Shown here: positions 37,724 to 47,811 of the stretch, piece after piece
How the letters are laid out: every line of letters begins with the position of its first letter
How positions within the stretch are numbered: the stretch's first letter is position 1
NCBI GenBank assembly: GCA_963692865.2
Contig: OY843592.1
Coordinates: forward strand, 1,824,001-1,888,000
DNA length: 64,000 bases
Direction: 5' to 3'
Source of the DNA: a bacterium
GTDB lineage: Bacteria > UBA8248
Program-made: the position numbers and the translations under genes
Notes under the pieces: model-generated
Database searches by the model: none
What the model saw: the letters and a program-made list of their open reading frames with translations, nothing else
What the model was told of the DNA's origin: nothing

Positions 37724-38626
37724 ATGGCCGGAACCCGGAAAGTACCCACGATCTGGAAGACGGGGCTTCAGCGGGTGGCGCGCGGCGTCTACGCCTACAT
37801 TCAGGCGGGCGGGCTGAACGTCTCGAACGCTGGGCTCATCGTGGGGGGCGATGAGGCGCTCGTCGTCGACGCGCTCTACGTGCGGCCCATGACGCAGGCC
37901 TTTCAGGAGTCCATCCGGAGGGCTACCGGAAAACCCGTGCGCAAGATCGTCTGCACACATCACCACGCGGATCACACCCTGGGGCTCGTCTGGTTCGGGC
38001 GGGACATCCCCGTCATCGCGCACCGCTGCATGCGTGAGCGGATGATCGAGACGGGCCTCGACCTCGCGCACTACAGGAGCGTGAACCCCGAATACGCGGG
38101 CGAACTCAAAAGGCTTAAGCCACGCTTTCCCGACGTAACTTATGAGGGCGGCATGACGCTGCGCCTCGGCAAGCGCGTCGTGGAACTCCATCACCTGGGC
38201 CACGCGCACTCGAAGGGCGACACCATCGTCTACCTGCCCGAGGAGCGCGTCCTCTTCACCGGCGACATCTGCTTCCACTACGTGACGCCCGCCACCTTCG
38301 ACGCCCACGTCGGCGGGTGGATACGGATAGCGGAGAAGATTCTCAAAACTTTTCCCGTAGAGACCATCGTTCCGGGCCACGGGCCGCCGGGCGATAAGAG
38401 CGCGCTCGAAAAAACCTTAGGATATTTGAAGCTAGTCCGCAGAGAGGCTCGAAAGCGATTCAAGAAAGGAATGCCGCCCAGGCGCGCCGCGCGCGAGATT
38501 CCGCTGGGCGAGTATGCCGACTGGATGAAGCCCGACCGCGTGGAGCAGGCCGTGATGAAGCTCTACAACGAGTTCAAAGGCCGTGGCGAGCAGGGAATAT
38601 CGCTCCACGACGCCCGGGGAGGGTAA
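37724..38626 (+). CDS. MBL-fold metallo-hydrolase (cyclase-like)
   Basis: THHHADH, AHSKGD, FTGD, VPGHG. Confidence 0.9.
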   Translation: MAGTRKVPTIWKTGLQRVARGVYAYIQAGGLNVSNAGLIVGGDEALVVDALYVRPMTQAFQESIRRATGKPVRKIVCTHHHADHTLGLVWFGRDIPVIAHRCMRERMIETGLDLAHYRSVNPEYAGELKRLKPRFPDVTYEGGMTLRLGKRVVELHHLGHAHSKGDTIVYLPEERVLFTGDICFHYVTPATFDAHVGGWIRIAEKILKTFPVETIVPGHGPPGDKSALEKTLGYLKLVRREARKRFKKGMPPRRAAREIPLGEYADWMKPDRVEQAVMKLYNEFKGRGEQGISLHDARGG

Positions 38627-38635
38627 GGAGGACGC

Positions 38636-38992
38636 ATGCCCGAGAATTATGACCAGAGACGAAGCCGCTGCATGCTCGATCAATCGTCGAACACGCAAAA
38701 CCCCGTCCATCTCATCCTGAGAAGCCCCTACGCGCTCAAGACCGAATATGGGGATGCCCAGCAGGACGTGCGCGTTCTACTCGATGCCTATAACGCCCTG
38801 GCCGAGCAGGATGAACCCGCCCCCGATGCGCGCGAAGCCCTGGCGCAACAGGCCGATGCGCTGGCCTCTCAATACGCCGCCGCGCACATGTCCGCCCTCG
38901 CCGAACACCTGGGTTTTCTCGCCGAACTATTGCGGGGCTACTACCCCATCCGTCCGGTTGTGGATGCAGCCAGGTTGGAAGAAATCTCATAG
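38636..38992 (+). CDS. hypothetical protein
   Basis: AGGAGG RBS; directly follows the MBL gene. Confidence 0.6.
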   Translation: MPENYDQRRSRCMLDQSSNTQNPVHLILRSPYALKTEYGDAQQDVRVLLDAYNALAEQDEPAPDAREALAQQADALASQYAAAHMSALAEHLGFLAELLRGYYPIRPVVDAARLEEIS

Positions 38993-39155
38993 AGTCTAAA
39001 TAATCGCTACGCCGTGCTTTACATTTCAGGGTTGCAAGACATTTTTATTTTCGCTATTATTATGCTTATCTTTCAGGTTTATTTTCTGCTACTATATTTT
39101 GGGTGTGAATTGCTAAATCCTACAAGATGTGGTAGTCATCATATTGATCACCCAA

Positions 39156-40247
39156 ATGAACGATCTGCCTCGATTCATAAGGCTCTCTAAAACTATGGAT
39201 AACGCCAAAAATTCGATTGCATTCCAGCAATATCATGAAACTGAGAAGGGAAAAATTATATTGGGGGACTCGTCTGCGTTTTTGGCACTTTGCGAGGAAA
39301 ATTCCGTCAACCTCATAATGACAAGTCCTCCTTTTGGCTTGGTTAGAAAAAAGGACTATGGAAATGTACATGCCGATGACTATATAGATTGGTTCAAACC
39401 TTTCGCGGAGCATTTCAAGCGGGTTTTAAGGGATGATGGCAGCTTGGTGATTGATATCGGAGGCGCCTGGAATCAGGGGCAACCGACGAGGCATCTTTAT
39501 CATTTCAAGTTATTGATCATGCTTTGCGAAGAATACGGATTTCATTTGGCGCAAGATTTTTACTGGTGGAATCCATCGAAGTTGCCTACACCGGCAGAGT
39601 GGGTAACTGTAAGAAGAATCAGGGTCAAGGATAGCATCAACACCGTCTGGTGGTTGTCGAAAACTCCTTGGCCGAAGGCCAGTAATCGTAGAGTTCTCCA
39701 GCCATACAGCGAAAGCATGAAAGAGCTGTTAGAAAAGGGCTACAAACCCAAAGCTCGGCCATCGGGTCATGACATTAGTGAGAAATTCAGTGTTGATAAT
39801 GGGGCGGCGATTCCCCCTAATTTGCTTGCCGTTCCTAATACGGAAAGCAATAGCTTTTATTTGCGATATTGCCAGTCAAAAGGGTTGAAACCCAATCCCG
39901 CTAGATACCCCGCAGAAATTCCGGAATATTTTGTCCGTATGCTGACTGATAAAGAGGATTTGGTATTGGATCCGTTCGCCGGAAGTTGCGTTACCGGTGA
40001 AGTATGTGAGCGACTGGAGAGAAAGTGGATATGTGTCGAACTCGTTGAAGAATATCTTGAAGGCGCAATCGGACGATTCGGGAGTTCTTCCGAAATGAAT
40101 ATGACTAACAAGCACACAAAGGCCTCCTCGAATTATTATAGAATTCCTAAACCCGGTTCTTTATGGAATGGCGCGCCAAACGATGTACTGCCTTCCGATG
40201 GTGGAAGAAAAAGGCCGAACAAAAAATTACAAGAAATAGATGGCTAG
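39156..40247 (+). CDS. beta-class N4-cytosine DNA methyltransferase, M.PvuII-like
   Basis: TSPPF motif IV precedes DPFAGS motif I; YWWNPSKLP, RVKD..NTVWW.SKT.WPK and RPSGHDI segments recalled from M.PvuII; AT-richer; start uncertain. Confidence 0.88.
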   Translation: MNDLPRFIRLSKTMDNAKNSIAFQQYHETEKGKIILGDSSAFLALCEENSVNLIMTSPPFGLVRKKDYGNVHADDYIDWFKPFAEHFKRVLRDDGSLVIDIGGAWNQGQPTRHLYHFKLLIMLCEEYGFHLAQDFYWWNPSKLPTPAEWVTVRRIRVKDSINTVWWLSKTPWPKASNRRVLQPYSESMKELLEKGYKPKARPSGHDISEKFSVDNGAAIPPNLLAVPNTESNSFYLRYCQSKGLKPNPARYPAEIPEYFVRMLTDKEDLVLDPFAGSCVTGEVCERLERKWICVELVEEYLEGAIGRFGSSSEMNMTNKHTKASSNYYRIPKPGSLWNGAPNDVLPSDGGRKRPNKKLQEIDG

Positions 40248-41238
40248 GCCAAGTAAAAAACAACTGTTGAAACACGTTGAGAATTCTTTTGCTGAAAGTG
40301 GATGGAATTTTTTCTATCTATCAAGCTCCGGCGCTCATCCTGCACGATTCCATATCTATCGAAACAATCAGAGATTCATGGTTCGAGTTTACATCTGGAA
40401 CCTTACACATGGGGGTGGAGCGGCTCGCCCTGAAGATGAATACAGAATCCAAATCACGGGATTTGATCATTTCGAACCGGAGCCGGAAGGCGTAACACTG
40501 ATACTCGGTTGGTGGGACGACGCAGGTGTTTTCGCTGGATTCGATTATAGGCGCCATTCTGGAATTTTGGGTTCTTCTCCTTCGATTCAAATTAGAGAAC
40601 TCGCTTTGAGAACGGCGGCCATAAATGGATTTGCGCCGTACAATAAAGGCAGTGGAGAGCTGGCAATCGCATTTCGACCGGATTTTATCGGAGCATATAT
40701 CGAGAACATAGAGCACCTTCATGATTGCGGCAAAACGAACTCTGATAGAGAAATCTTGATGAAAATAGCGAATGAGCCGGACTCCGTTCAAGAAGAAGAA
40801 ATAGAAACAAACGTTACTCGAAAACGCCGATATGCAATTACTTCAACTCGTAGGGCTTTGAGAGATATCAATTTTCGAGATCGCGTATTGACCGCCTACA
40901 AACATCATTGTGCTTTTTGCGGCGTTCAGCTCAAACTACTTGACGGCGCGCACATTGTGCCTGCAAATCACCCTGCAAGTAATGATCTTACGTCGAATGG
41001 AATTGCTTTATGCGTCTTGCATCATCGGGCTTATGATAGGTCTTTAATCACTTTCGATCCTAGTTTTCGAACGAAAATCAATCCCCAAAAGATTCAGGAG
41101 CTGAAAGAGACTGGACATGATGGTGGGCTGAGGGAGTTTTCAAAGAATATTAGACCTGTTTTGATTCTGCCACCCGACAGAAGGGATCGTCCCCGGAAGG
41201 ATTTCGTTCAGAAAGCGAATCGAATACGAGGATGGTGA
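40240..41238 (+). CDS. HNH endonuclease (putative restriction component)
   Basis: FRDRVLTAY..HCAFCG...AHIVP...NGIALC.LHH.AYD; overlaps the MTase stop. Confidence 0.85.
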   Translation: MARPSKKQLLKHVENSFAESGWNFFYLSSSGAHPARFHIYRNNQRFMVRVYIWNLTHGGGAARPEDEYRIQITGFDHFEPEPEGVTLILGWWDDAGVFAGFDYRRHSGILGSSPSIQIRELALRTAAINGFAPYNKGSGELAIAFRPDFIGAYIENIEHLHDCGKTNSDREILMKIANEPDSVQEEEIETNVTRKRRYAITSTRRALRDINFRDRVLTAYKHHCAFCGVQLKLLDGAHIVPANHPASNDLTSNGIALCVLHHRAYDRSLITFDPSFRTKINPQKIQELKETGHDGGLREFSKNIRPVLILPPDRRDRPRKDFVQKANRIRGW

Positions 41239-41267
41239 GGTTTCCTCAAATCTGTTCCCCAGCCCCA

Positions 41268-41302
41268 AACCCCCGGGACATAATGCCCCGGGGGTGTCTT
41301 TT
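41268..41302 (+). terminator. possible intrinsic terminator
   Basis: CCCCGGG...CCCGGGG hairpin followed by TCTTTT. Confidence 0.45.
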
Positions 41303-41354
41303 GGCTGGACTTTCGTTGCTTCTCTACATCCGTTTACCTGTCTGACTCTTCCCA

Positions 41355-42554
41355 TCAATGCCCGTTGGCGGCGGCGCCGGCGGGGGCTTCCGTGAGGCCG
41401 CAGAAGAACTCATAGTCAATGAGCTCGGTGATGGAGGGGCTGTCCCCGCATACCGGACAGGCCGGGTCGCGCCGTATCTTGAGCGTCCGGAACTGCGATT
41501 TGAGCGCGTCGTACATGAGCAGCTTGCCGATGAGCGGCTCCCCGAAGCCCACGATGAGCTTGGCCGTCTCCGTCGCCTGGATGGAGCCCATGGTGCCGCA
41601 CAGCGCGCCGAGCACGCCCGCGTCCTGGCAGGAGGGCACCATGCCGGGAGGCGGCGGTTCGGGATAGAGGCAGCGGTAGCAGGGGCCGCCCACTGCAGGA
41701 TGATAGACGGTGGCCTGGCCCTCGAACTTGAAGATGGAGGCGTCGACGATGGGTTTTCCGAGAAAGACCGCCGCGTCGTTCACGAGGTAGCGGGTCGGGA
41801 AGTTGTCCGCCCCGTTCACGATGACGTCGTAGTCCTTGAGAATGTCGAGCGCGTTGTCGCGGTTGATTCTTTCCTCGTGCGCGATGACGTTCACGTCGGG
41901 GTTGAGCGCGGTGAGGGTGGCCGCCGCGCTCTCGACCTTGGAGGTGCCCACGCGGTCGTTCGTGTGGACGATCTGGCGCTGCAGGTTGCTCATGTCCACC
42001 ACGTCGAGGTCCACGATGCCGATGTTGCCCACGCCCATGGCCGTCAGATAAAGCCCGGTGGGAGAGCCCAGCCCGCCCGCGCCTATGAGGACGACCTTGG
42101 CGTCCAGCAGTTTCGCCTGGCCCTTTTCCCCGATCTGGGAGAGCAGGAAGTGGCGGCTGTAGCGGTTTAACTGCTCGGCGCTCATCTGCTTGTCCACCTG
42201 CACGGGAAAGCCCAGGTCTTTCCACTTCCCGTAGCCGCCCGCCATGGATTTCACGTTCTGATAGCCCATGGATTGCAGCACCTGGCCCGCGAGCAGCGAG
42301 CGCACGCCGCCCGCGCAGTAGGCGACGACGGGCGTCGTCCTGTCGGGAACGACCTGTTCGATCTTGAGCTCCAGGAATCCGCGGCTCACGTGTTCGGCGC
42401 CCGGCAGGTAGCCGCCCCGGAACTCGTCCGGTTCGCGCACGTCGATGAGCGCCACTTCGGCGCCCGAATCGACAGCGTCCTTCACTTCTTCCGCCGTGAT
42501 CTCAGGAACATCGCCCCGCGCGGCCTCGAGCAGGTCTCGTCCTGTTTTTGACAT
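41355..42554 (-). CDS. moeB: rhodanese-MoeB/ThiF adenylyltransferase (MoeZ-like)
   Basis: N-terminal rhodanese (YCAGGVRS), RYSRH, GAGGLG, SNLQRQ and CYRC/CPVC. Confidence 0.9.
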   Translation of the reverse strand: MSKTGRDLLEAARGDVPEITAEEVKDAVDSGAEVALIDVREPDEFRGGYLPGAEHVSRGFLELKIEQVVPDRTTPVVAYCAGGVRSLLAGQVLQSMGYQNVKSMAGGYGKWKDLGFPVQVDKQMSAEQLNRYSRHFLLSQIGEKGQAKLLDAKVVLIGAGGLGSPTGLYLTAMGVGNIGIVDLDVVDMSNLQRQIVHTNDRVGTSKVESAAATLTALNPDVNVIAHEERINRDNALDILKDYDVIVNGADNFPTRYLVNDAAVFLGKPIVDASIFKFEGQATVYHPAVGGPCYRCLYPEPPPPGMVPSCQDAGVLGALCGTMGSIQATETAKLIVGFGEPLIGKLLMYDALKSQFRTLKIRRDPACPVCGDSPSITELIDYEFFCGLTEAPAGAAANGH

Positions 42555-42662
42555 TTCTTGATCTCCTTTGCTGCCGGCATTCGCCGAAAAGGAATATGGG
42601 ATAGATTATCGTAAGTTGTCGGGATGAAAGAGCGCGCAACACCCGCCCAACAATTCTTTCGA

Positions 42663-42687
42663 ATACTAAACTAAATTACTCAAGAAT
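42663..42687. promoter_or_regulatory. possible Rrf2-family (IscR/CymR-like) operator
   Basis: 25-bp imperfect palindrome ATACTAAACTAAATTACTCAAGAAT upstream of moeB. Confidence 0.4.
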
Positions 42688-42806
42688 AGCAAGCCTGCCT
42701 CTTTGAAACATGGAAACCAGATCATTATCCCGGAAAAGACACCCAAGCGCCATGCCGCGAGCGGCGCGCTCGCGATAGCTTAAAGAGTCGCCTACACGAC
42801 GAACGC

Positions 42807-43697
42807 TCACTCTGCGCGCTGACTCATGCCTGCGCCTTTTTCGAAAAATTCCAGTATGGCGTTCTGGTCCGCGTCCCCGTGGCCCAGGGCCGCCGCGCCC
42901 ATATAGATCTGGCGGGCCATCGTGCCCAGCGGAATCGGCGTCCCGACGCCGTCGGCCATCGCCGCGATGATGCGCAAATCCTTGAGCATGAGGTTCACCG
43001 TGAAGGTGGGCGTGTAGTCCTTGGCGATCATGGGCGAGGCCTTGTATTCGAGGATTTTGGGGATGACGCTCGCCTTCAGGAACTCGACCATATGCTCGGG
43101 GTCGAGGCCCCCCTTCGTCCCCATGGTCAGCGCCTCGGCGATGGCGGAGATGTGGATCGCGAAGATGTGGTTCGTCACCAGCTTCATCTGGAGGCCCGCG
43201 CCGCTCGGCCCGAAGTAGTGGATCGAGGCGCTGAAGGCCTCCAGAACGTCGCGGTGGGCGTCGAGCGAGGCCTCATCGCCCCCCGCCATGATGGCGAGGG
43301 TTCCCGCTTTCGCGTGGGGCACGCTCCCGCTCACGGGGGTGTCCAGAAACCGGACGCCGCGGCTTTTCGCCTCCCCGGCGAGTTCCTGGCTGCCCTCGAC
43401 CGTCAGGGTCGACAAGTCGAAGCACACGGCGCCTTGAGAGGCCGTCGTGAGCGCGCCGGTCTCTCCCAGGTAGGCTTCTCTCGCGTGCTCGACCTCAGGC
43501 ACCGAACTGCAGATGACATCCGCCCCCGTGGCGGCTTCCGCAGCCGTCTCGAAGACCGTGAGGCCCGCTGCGGCCGCCCGCTCGCGCGCGGCGGGCGCGG
43601 GGTCGAACCCCCGGACGTCGAAACCCGCCTTCACCAGATTTTCCGACATGCCCGAACCCATGTTGCCCAGACCCAGAAAAGCAACCACTTTCGCCAT
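42807..43697 (-). CDS. beta-hydroxyacid dehydrogenase (3-hydroxyisobutyrate DH family), paralog 1
   Basis: GLGNMG, DTPVSGS, MKLVTN. Confidence 0.9.
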   Translation of the reverse strand: MAKVVAFLGLGNMGSGMSENLVKAGFDVRGFDPAPAARERAAAAGLTVFETAAEAATGADVICSSVPEVEHAREAYLGETGALTTASQGAVCFDLSTLTVEGSQELAGEAKSRGVRFLDTPVSGSVPHAKAGTLAIMAGGDEASLDAHRDVLEAFSASIHYFGPSGAGLQMKLVTNHIFAIHISAIAEALTMGTKGGLDPEHMVEFLKASVIPKILEYKASPMIAKDYTPTFTVNLMLKDLRIIAAMADGVGTPIPLGTMARQIYMGAAALGHGDADQNAILEFFEKGAGMSQRAE

Positions 43698-43829
43698 TTC
43701 GCATCACTCCTGTTGAATATGGCGTCACGAGACGCCCACGCTTGCGAATCGGTGGAAAGGCCCATCCCTCACAAAATCAGGAGAGGCGTCCCCTGTCTCG
43801 TGTGGAGTATATGCCTGCCCCTGTGAAAA

Positions 43830-44735
43830 TTATTTTTTCTTCGGCTTCGTTCCCATGGCGTTCAGGAAAGCCTCGAAAACGGCGTTCAGGTCCGCGTGTT
43901 CGAAACCGAGCGCCATGGCGGAGGTATGCTGCTGCCGCGCGGCGGCGCCCAGGGGGACGGGCACGCCCAAATCGTTCGCCTCGTTGACGCTGATTCCCAT
44001 ATCCTTGTAGCTCAGGCCCAGGTGCCCGATGACGCCCGAATAATCGCGCGCCGCCATCTCCGGGCCTTTGTAGTGCATCAGGTCCGGAATCACGCTTTGC
44101 TGTAAGAATCTCATCATTTTCCGTGCCGTCAGCCCCGCCTTTACCCCGAAAGCCAGACCCTCGGCCATGCCGGCGTGCTGGATGAAGACGATGTGGTTCG
44201 AAACCAGCTTCATGAGCAGGCCGTTTCCGGATTTCCCCATGTAGGTGACCGACTTGCTGAACGCCTCGAGTACGTCGCGGTGTTCCTTGAGCGCGGCCTC
44301 GTCTCCGCCCACGATGGCGGAGATTTCCTTTCGCTCTAGGTGCGGAACGCTTCCGAGCACGGGCGCGTCCAGAAAGGCGATACTCTTCTTCCTGGCTTCT
44401 GCGGCGATCTCTTTCGCGAGAGCGACGCTGCTCGTCGAAAGCTCGAAGCATACCGCGCCGCGCCGCATCGCCTTGAGCGCGCCTCCAGAGTCCAGGTAGA
44501 CGTCTCTCACGATGTCGGTTTTGGGGAGCGAACTGCACACCACATCTGCGCCCTTGACGGTTGCTGCGACGCTTCGGACTGTTTTGGCGCCGTTTTTCTT
44601 TGCAGCCGCGAGGGCTTTGGGAGAGGGATCGTAGCCCGTGACGTCGAAGCCCGCGTCAACCAGGTGTTTCGCCATCAATCCGCCCATGCGGCCCAGGCCC
44701 AGGAACCCGATATTTTTCTTTGCCTTGCGCACCAT
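43830..44735 (-). CDS. beta-hydroxyacid dehydrogenase, paralog 2
   Basis: GLGRMG, DAPVLGS, MKLVSN. Confidence 0.9.
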   Translation of the reverse strand: MVRKAKKNIGFLGLGRMGGLMAKHLVDAGFDVTGYDPSPKALAAAKKNGAKTVRSVAATVKGADVVCSSLPKTDIVRDVYLDSGGALKAMRRGAVCFELSTSSVALAKEIAAEARKKSIAFLDAPVLGSVPHLERKEISAIVGGDEAALKEHRDVLEAFSKSVTYMGKSGNGLLMKLVSNHIVFIQHAGMAEGLAFGVKAGLTARKMMRFLQQSVIPDLMHYKGPEMAARDYSGVIGHLGLSYKDMGISVNEANDLGVPVPLGAAARQQHTSAMALGFEHADLNAVFEAFLNAMGTKPKKK

Positions 44736-44808
44736 TTCTTCAGGCTCCTGTGATCGGATGCGCCATTGCACACCGTCTATCTGGGCGTTTCTTATACCCC
44801 GTTAGCAT

Positions 44809-45714
44809 TCACTTTCTCTTTGGCCTGGTGCCCATGGCGTTCAGGAACGACTCGAAAACGGCGTTGAAGTCCGCATCTTCGAGCCCCAGCGCCATGGCGG
44901 AGGTGTATTGCTGCCGCGCGGCGGCGCCCAGGGGTACGGGGGCGCCCAGATCGTTCGCCTCGTTGATGCTGAGTCCCAAGTCCTTGAAGCTGATGCCCAG
45001 GTTTGCGATGACGTTGGAATAATCGCGCGCCGCCATCGTCGTTCCCTTGTAGTGGATGAGCAGGGGAATCACGCTGCCTTGCAGGAATTTCATCATCCTG
45101 GGGGCCGTCAGCCCCGCCTTCATTCCGAATGCAAGACCCTCGGCCATGCCGGAGTGGTGGATGTTCAAAATGTGGTTCGTCACCAGTTTCATGATCAGGC
45201 CGTTGCCGGATTTCCCCATGTAGGTGACCGACTTGCTGAACGCGTCGAGCACGTTGCGGTGTTCTTTGAGCGCGGCCTGGTCTCCGCCCACGATGGCGGC
45301 GACTTCCTTGCGCTCCAGGTGCGGAATGCTTCCACTCACGGGCGCGTCCAGAAAGGCGATTCTTTTCTTTTTGGCCGCTTCCGCAATTTCCTTCGCCAGG
45401 CTGACGGTGCTCGTCGAAAGCTCAAAGCAGACCGCGCCGCGCCGCGCCGTTTCGAGCACGCCCTTGGAACCCAGATAGACGTTCCTGACGACGGCGGGCG
45501 AGGGGAGCGAACTGCACACCACATCGGCGCTCTTGACCGCCGTAGCGACGGTTCTGGCGGTTTTGGCCCCGTTTTTCTTCGCAGTCGCTATGGCCTGAGG
45601 CGCGGGATCGTAGCCCGTGACGGGGAAGCCGGCGTCGACCAGGTGCTTCGTCATCAGCCCTCCCATGCGGCCCAGACCCAAGAATGCGATTTTTTTTGTT
45701 GCCTTGCGCGCCAT
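44809..45714 (-). CDS. beta-hydroxyacid dehydrogenase, paralog 3
   Basis: GLGRMG, DAPVSGS, MKLVTN. Confidence 0.9.
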   Translation of the reverse strand: MARKATKKIAFLGLGRMGGLMTKHLVDAGFPVTGYDPAPQAIATAKKNGAKTARTVATAVKSADVVCSSLPSPAVVRNVYLGSKGVLETARRGAVCFELSTSTVSLAKEIAEAAKKKRIAFLDAPVSGSIPHLERKEVAAIVGGDQAALKEHRNVLDAFSKSVTYMGKSGNGLIMKLVTNHILNIHHSGMAEGLAFGMKAGLTAPRMMKFLQGSVIPLLIHYKGTTMAARDYSNVIANLGISFKDLGLSINEANDLGAPVPLGAAARQQYTSAMALGLEDADFNAVFESFLNAMGTRPKRK

Positions 45715-45723
45715 TTTTCTCTC

Positions 45724-46602
45724 CTATCTTTCGATTCCGAGCAGCTTCAGGGGATTTTCCACAAGTATTCTTTCACGAACGCTCTCATCCGGTGCCCAGT
45801 CGAATAGTTGATCCAGCAAGTCGCCGTCGTTCGGCATCGGAATCTTGCAGGCGGGATGCGGCCAGTCCGTGCCCCAGATGATGCGCTCGGGCGCCGCTTC
45901 GATGAGCGCGCGGGCGACCGGGTCGACATCCGTGTAGGGTGTTTGCATGAGGTCCGTGATGCGGTAGGCGCCCGTGAGCTTCACCCAGGTTTTACCTTCT
46001 TTTAGTAGGTCGATAAATTCCTGCAGCGGTCCCAAACCTTTGCTCGCCGGGACGTAGCCCATGTGCCCGAAAACGCTGTGCACGGGGAGGGAAGAGAAAG
46101 TTTTCCGCAGATCGGGGAACTCATGGACGTGGATGAGGAACTCCATGTGCCAGCCCATGTCCTTGATGCGCTCGCCCATCGTCTGAACGTCTGCGAACGA
46201 AGCGAAGGGATTTCCGCCCTTGTCCGCCAGGTTGATGCGCAAGCCGCGAACGCCCGCCTCGTGAAGGCGCGTCAATTCCGCTTCGCTCACATCCTGGTTC
46301 ACGGAAGCCACGCCCATGAGCCGTCCGCCCGAGCGTGCCATGGCGTCGAGCATGGCGGTGTTGTCGACCCCGTAGACGCTCGGCTGGGTAAGGACGCCGC
46401 GCGCCACGCCGAGCTTGCGGTGGAGGGTTTCGTAGGCATCGAGCAGGGCGTCGGGAGGCGTATAGCCCCTTTGGAGGGAGTAGGCGTATCTGCTCTCGGG
46501 ACCGAAGATGTGTCCGTGGGTGTCCCACGTGCCGGGGGGGAGCTTGAAGCGGGGCGCTCTGGGTTGGGGATCAGGCGGCGGGCAGGGGAGCATATCCGGC
46601 AT
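45724..46602 (-). CDS. amidohydrolase-2, LigI (pyrone-dicarboxylate lactonase)-like
   Basis: DTHGHIFGP, QPSVYGVDN, WVKL, WGTDWPH. Confidence 0.85.
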   Translation of the reverse strand: MPDMLPCPPPDPQPRAPRFKLPPGTWDTHGHIFGPESRYAYSLQRGYTPPDALLDAYETLHRKLGVARGVLTQPSVYGVDNTAMLDAMARSGGRLMGVASVNQDVSEAELTRLHEAGVRGLRINLADKGGNPFASFADVQTMGERIKDMGWHMEFLIHVHEFPDLRKTFSSLPVHSVFGHMGYVPASKGLGPLQEFIDLLKEGKTWVKLTGAYRITDLMQTPYTDVDPVARALIEAAPERIIWGTDWPHPACKIPMPNDGDLLDQLFDWAPDESVRERILVENPLKLLGIER

Positions 46603-46613
46603 TCCGTTTCCTC

Positions 46614-46913
46614 CTAGTGGAGGTCGCCATCGCGGCCGTAGAGCTTGTGGCGTGGCCTGCCCGCGAGAATCTCCGCCTTTCCCCAGTCCGTTACGGCGCG
46701 AAAGGCGTCGCTCCTGATGAAGTCCATGAAATCTTCCTGCGCCTCCCACTCCGAGAGGATGGTGTAGGAATTCGGGTTTTTCACCTGTTGATACAGAAGG
46801 CTCTGCACGTGGCCGGCCTGACCTTCGAGGGCGCCGGCCACGGCCTCGAATTTCTCCTCGAACTCCTTCTCCTTACCCGGGAGCACTTCGTAATACATCC
46901 CTACGGTGATCAT
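46614..46913 (-). CDS. antibiotic biosynthesis monooxygenase (ABM) domain protein
   Basis: V.PGKE.EFE..F...Y.ILSEW...EDF..F..S.AF pattern. Confidence 0.85.
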   Translation of the reverse strand: MITVGMYYEVLPGKEKEFEEKFEAVAGALEGQAGHVQSLLYQQVKNPNSYTILSEWEAQEDFMDFIRSDAFRAVTDWGKAEILAGRPRHKLYGRDGDLH

Positions 46914-46941
46914 GTTTCACTCCTTGCGAGTTGCTGATGAA

Positions 46942-47811
46942 TCATCCTAGATATTCGCGCTCCCACGTCTGAATTTCCGTAATGCCCAGGGCGTCGTTGT
47001 ATTCCTGAAAAGTGGCCATCATCCCGCGCGCCGAGCGCGTGGAGCCTTCTTCCTTCAGGATGCGCAGCACGTCGTTCACGGCCTTCAGGTACGTGCAGCG
47101 CACGATGCCCGGGTAGATGATGACGCCGAAGCCGAGTTTGCCGAGTTCATCCACGCTGAGGGCCGCCTCGCGCCTCGATTCGTCCAGCGTGGTGACGTGA
47201 GGCGGGGGAACCTCGGCCCCGATTTTCCGGAGTTCTTCCTCCGTCCCCTCCACTTCGATGAACGTAAGGTCGGCCCCAGTTTCCTTATAGGCGACGGCTC
47301 TGCGGATCGCTTCATCCAGCCCGTGGTCGGCGGCGGCGTCCGTGCGGGCGAGGATGAGGAAATTCTCGCTCTCCCGTGTATCGAGGGCCGCCTTGAGCTT
47401 GCCGAGTTGTTCTTCCAGCGAGATGACGGGGATCGAGCCGGGCAGGAAGCCGCACCTTTTGGGAGTCACCTGATCCTCGATCTGGATGCAGGCGACGCCC
47501 GCAGACTCCAACTCGCGGACGGTGCGGATCATGTTCACGGCGTTGCCGTAGCCGGTGTCGGCGTCCGCGATGAGGGGGATCGAAGTCGCCTGCACGACGT
47601 TGCGGCAGACATCGGCCACCTCGCGCAGCGTCATGAAGCCCACGTCGGGCTTGCCGAGGAGCGCCGCCGAGGCACCGTTGCCCGTCAGGTAGTTCACCTG
47701 AAAGCCCGCCTGCTCCACCATGCGCGCGCTGAAGGCGTCGATGCAGGCGGGAGCGAGCACGGGTCGATTCTTTTCCAGAAGCGCCCGAAGATGCGCTCCG
47801 CGATGGCTCAT
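46942..47811 (-). CDS. isocitrate lyase/PEP mutase family enzyme
   Basis: ADADTGYG, IEDQV.PKRCG, ARTDA. Confidence 0.9.
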   Translation of the reverse strand: MSHRGAHLRALLEKNRPVLAPACIDAFSARMVEQAGFQVNYLTGNGASAALLGKPDVGFMTLREVADVCRNVVQATSIPLIADADTGYGNAVNMIRTVRELESAGVACIQIEDQVTPKRCGFLPGSIPVISLEEQLGKLKAALDTRESENFLILARTDAAADHGLDEAIRRAVAYKETGADLTFIEVEGTEEELRKIGAEVPPPHVTTLDESRREAALSVDELGKLGFGVIIYPGIVRCTYLKAVNDVLRILKEEGSTRSARGMMATFQEYNDALGITEIQTWEREYLG

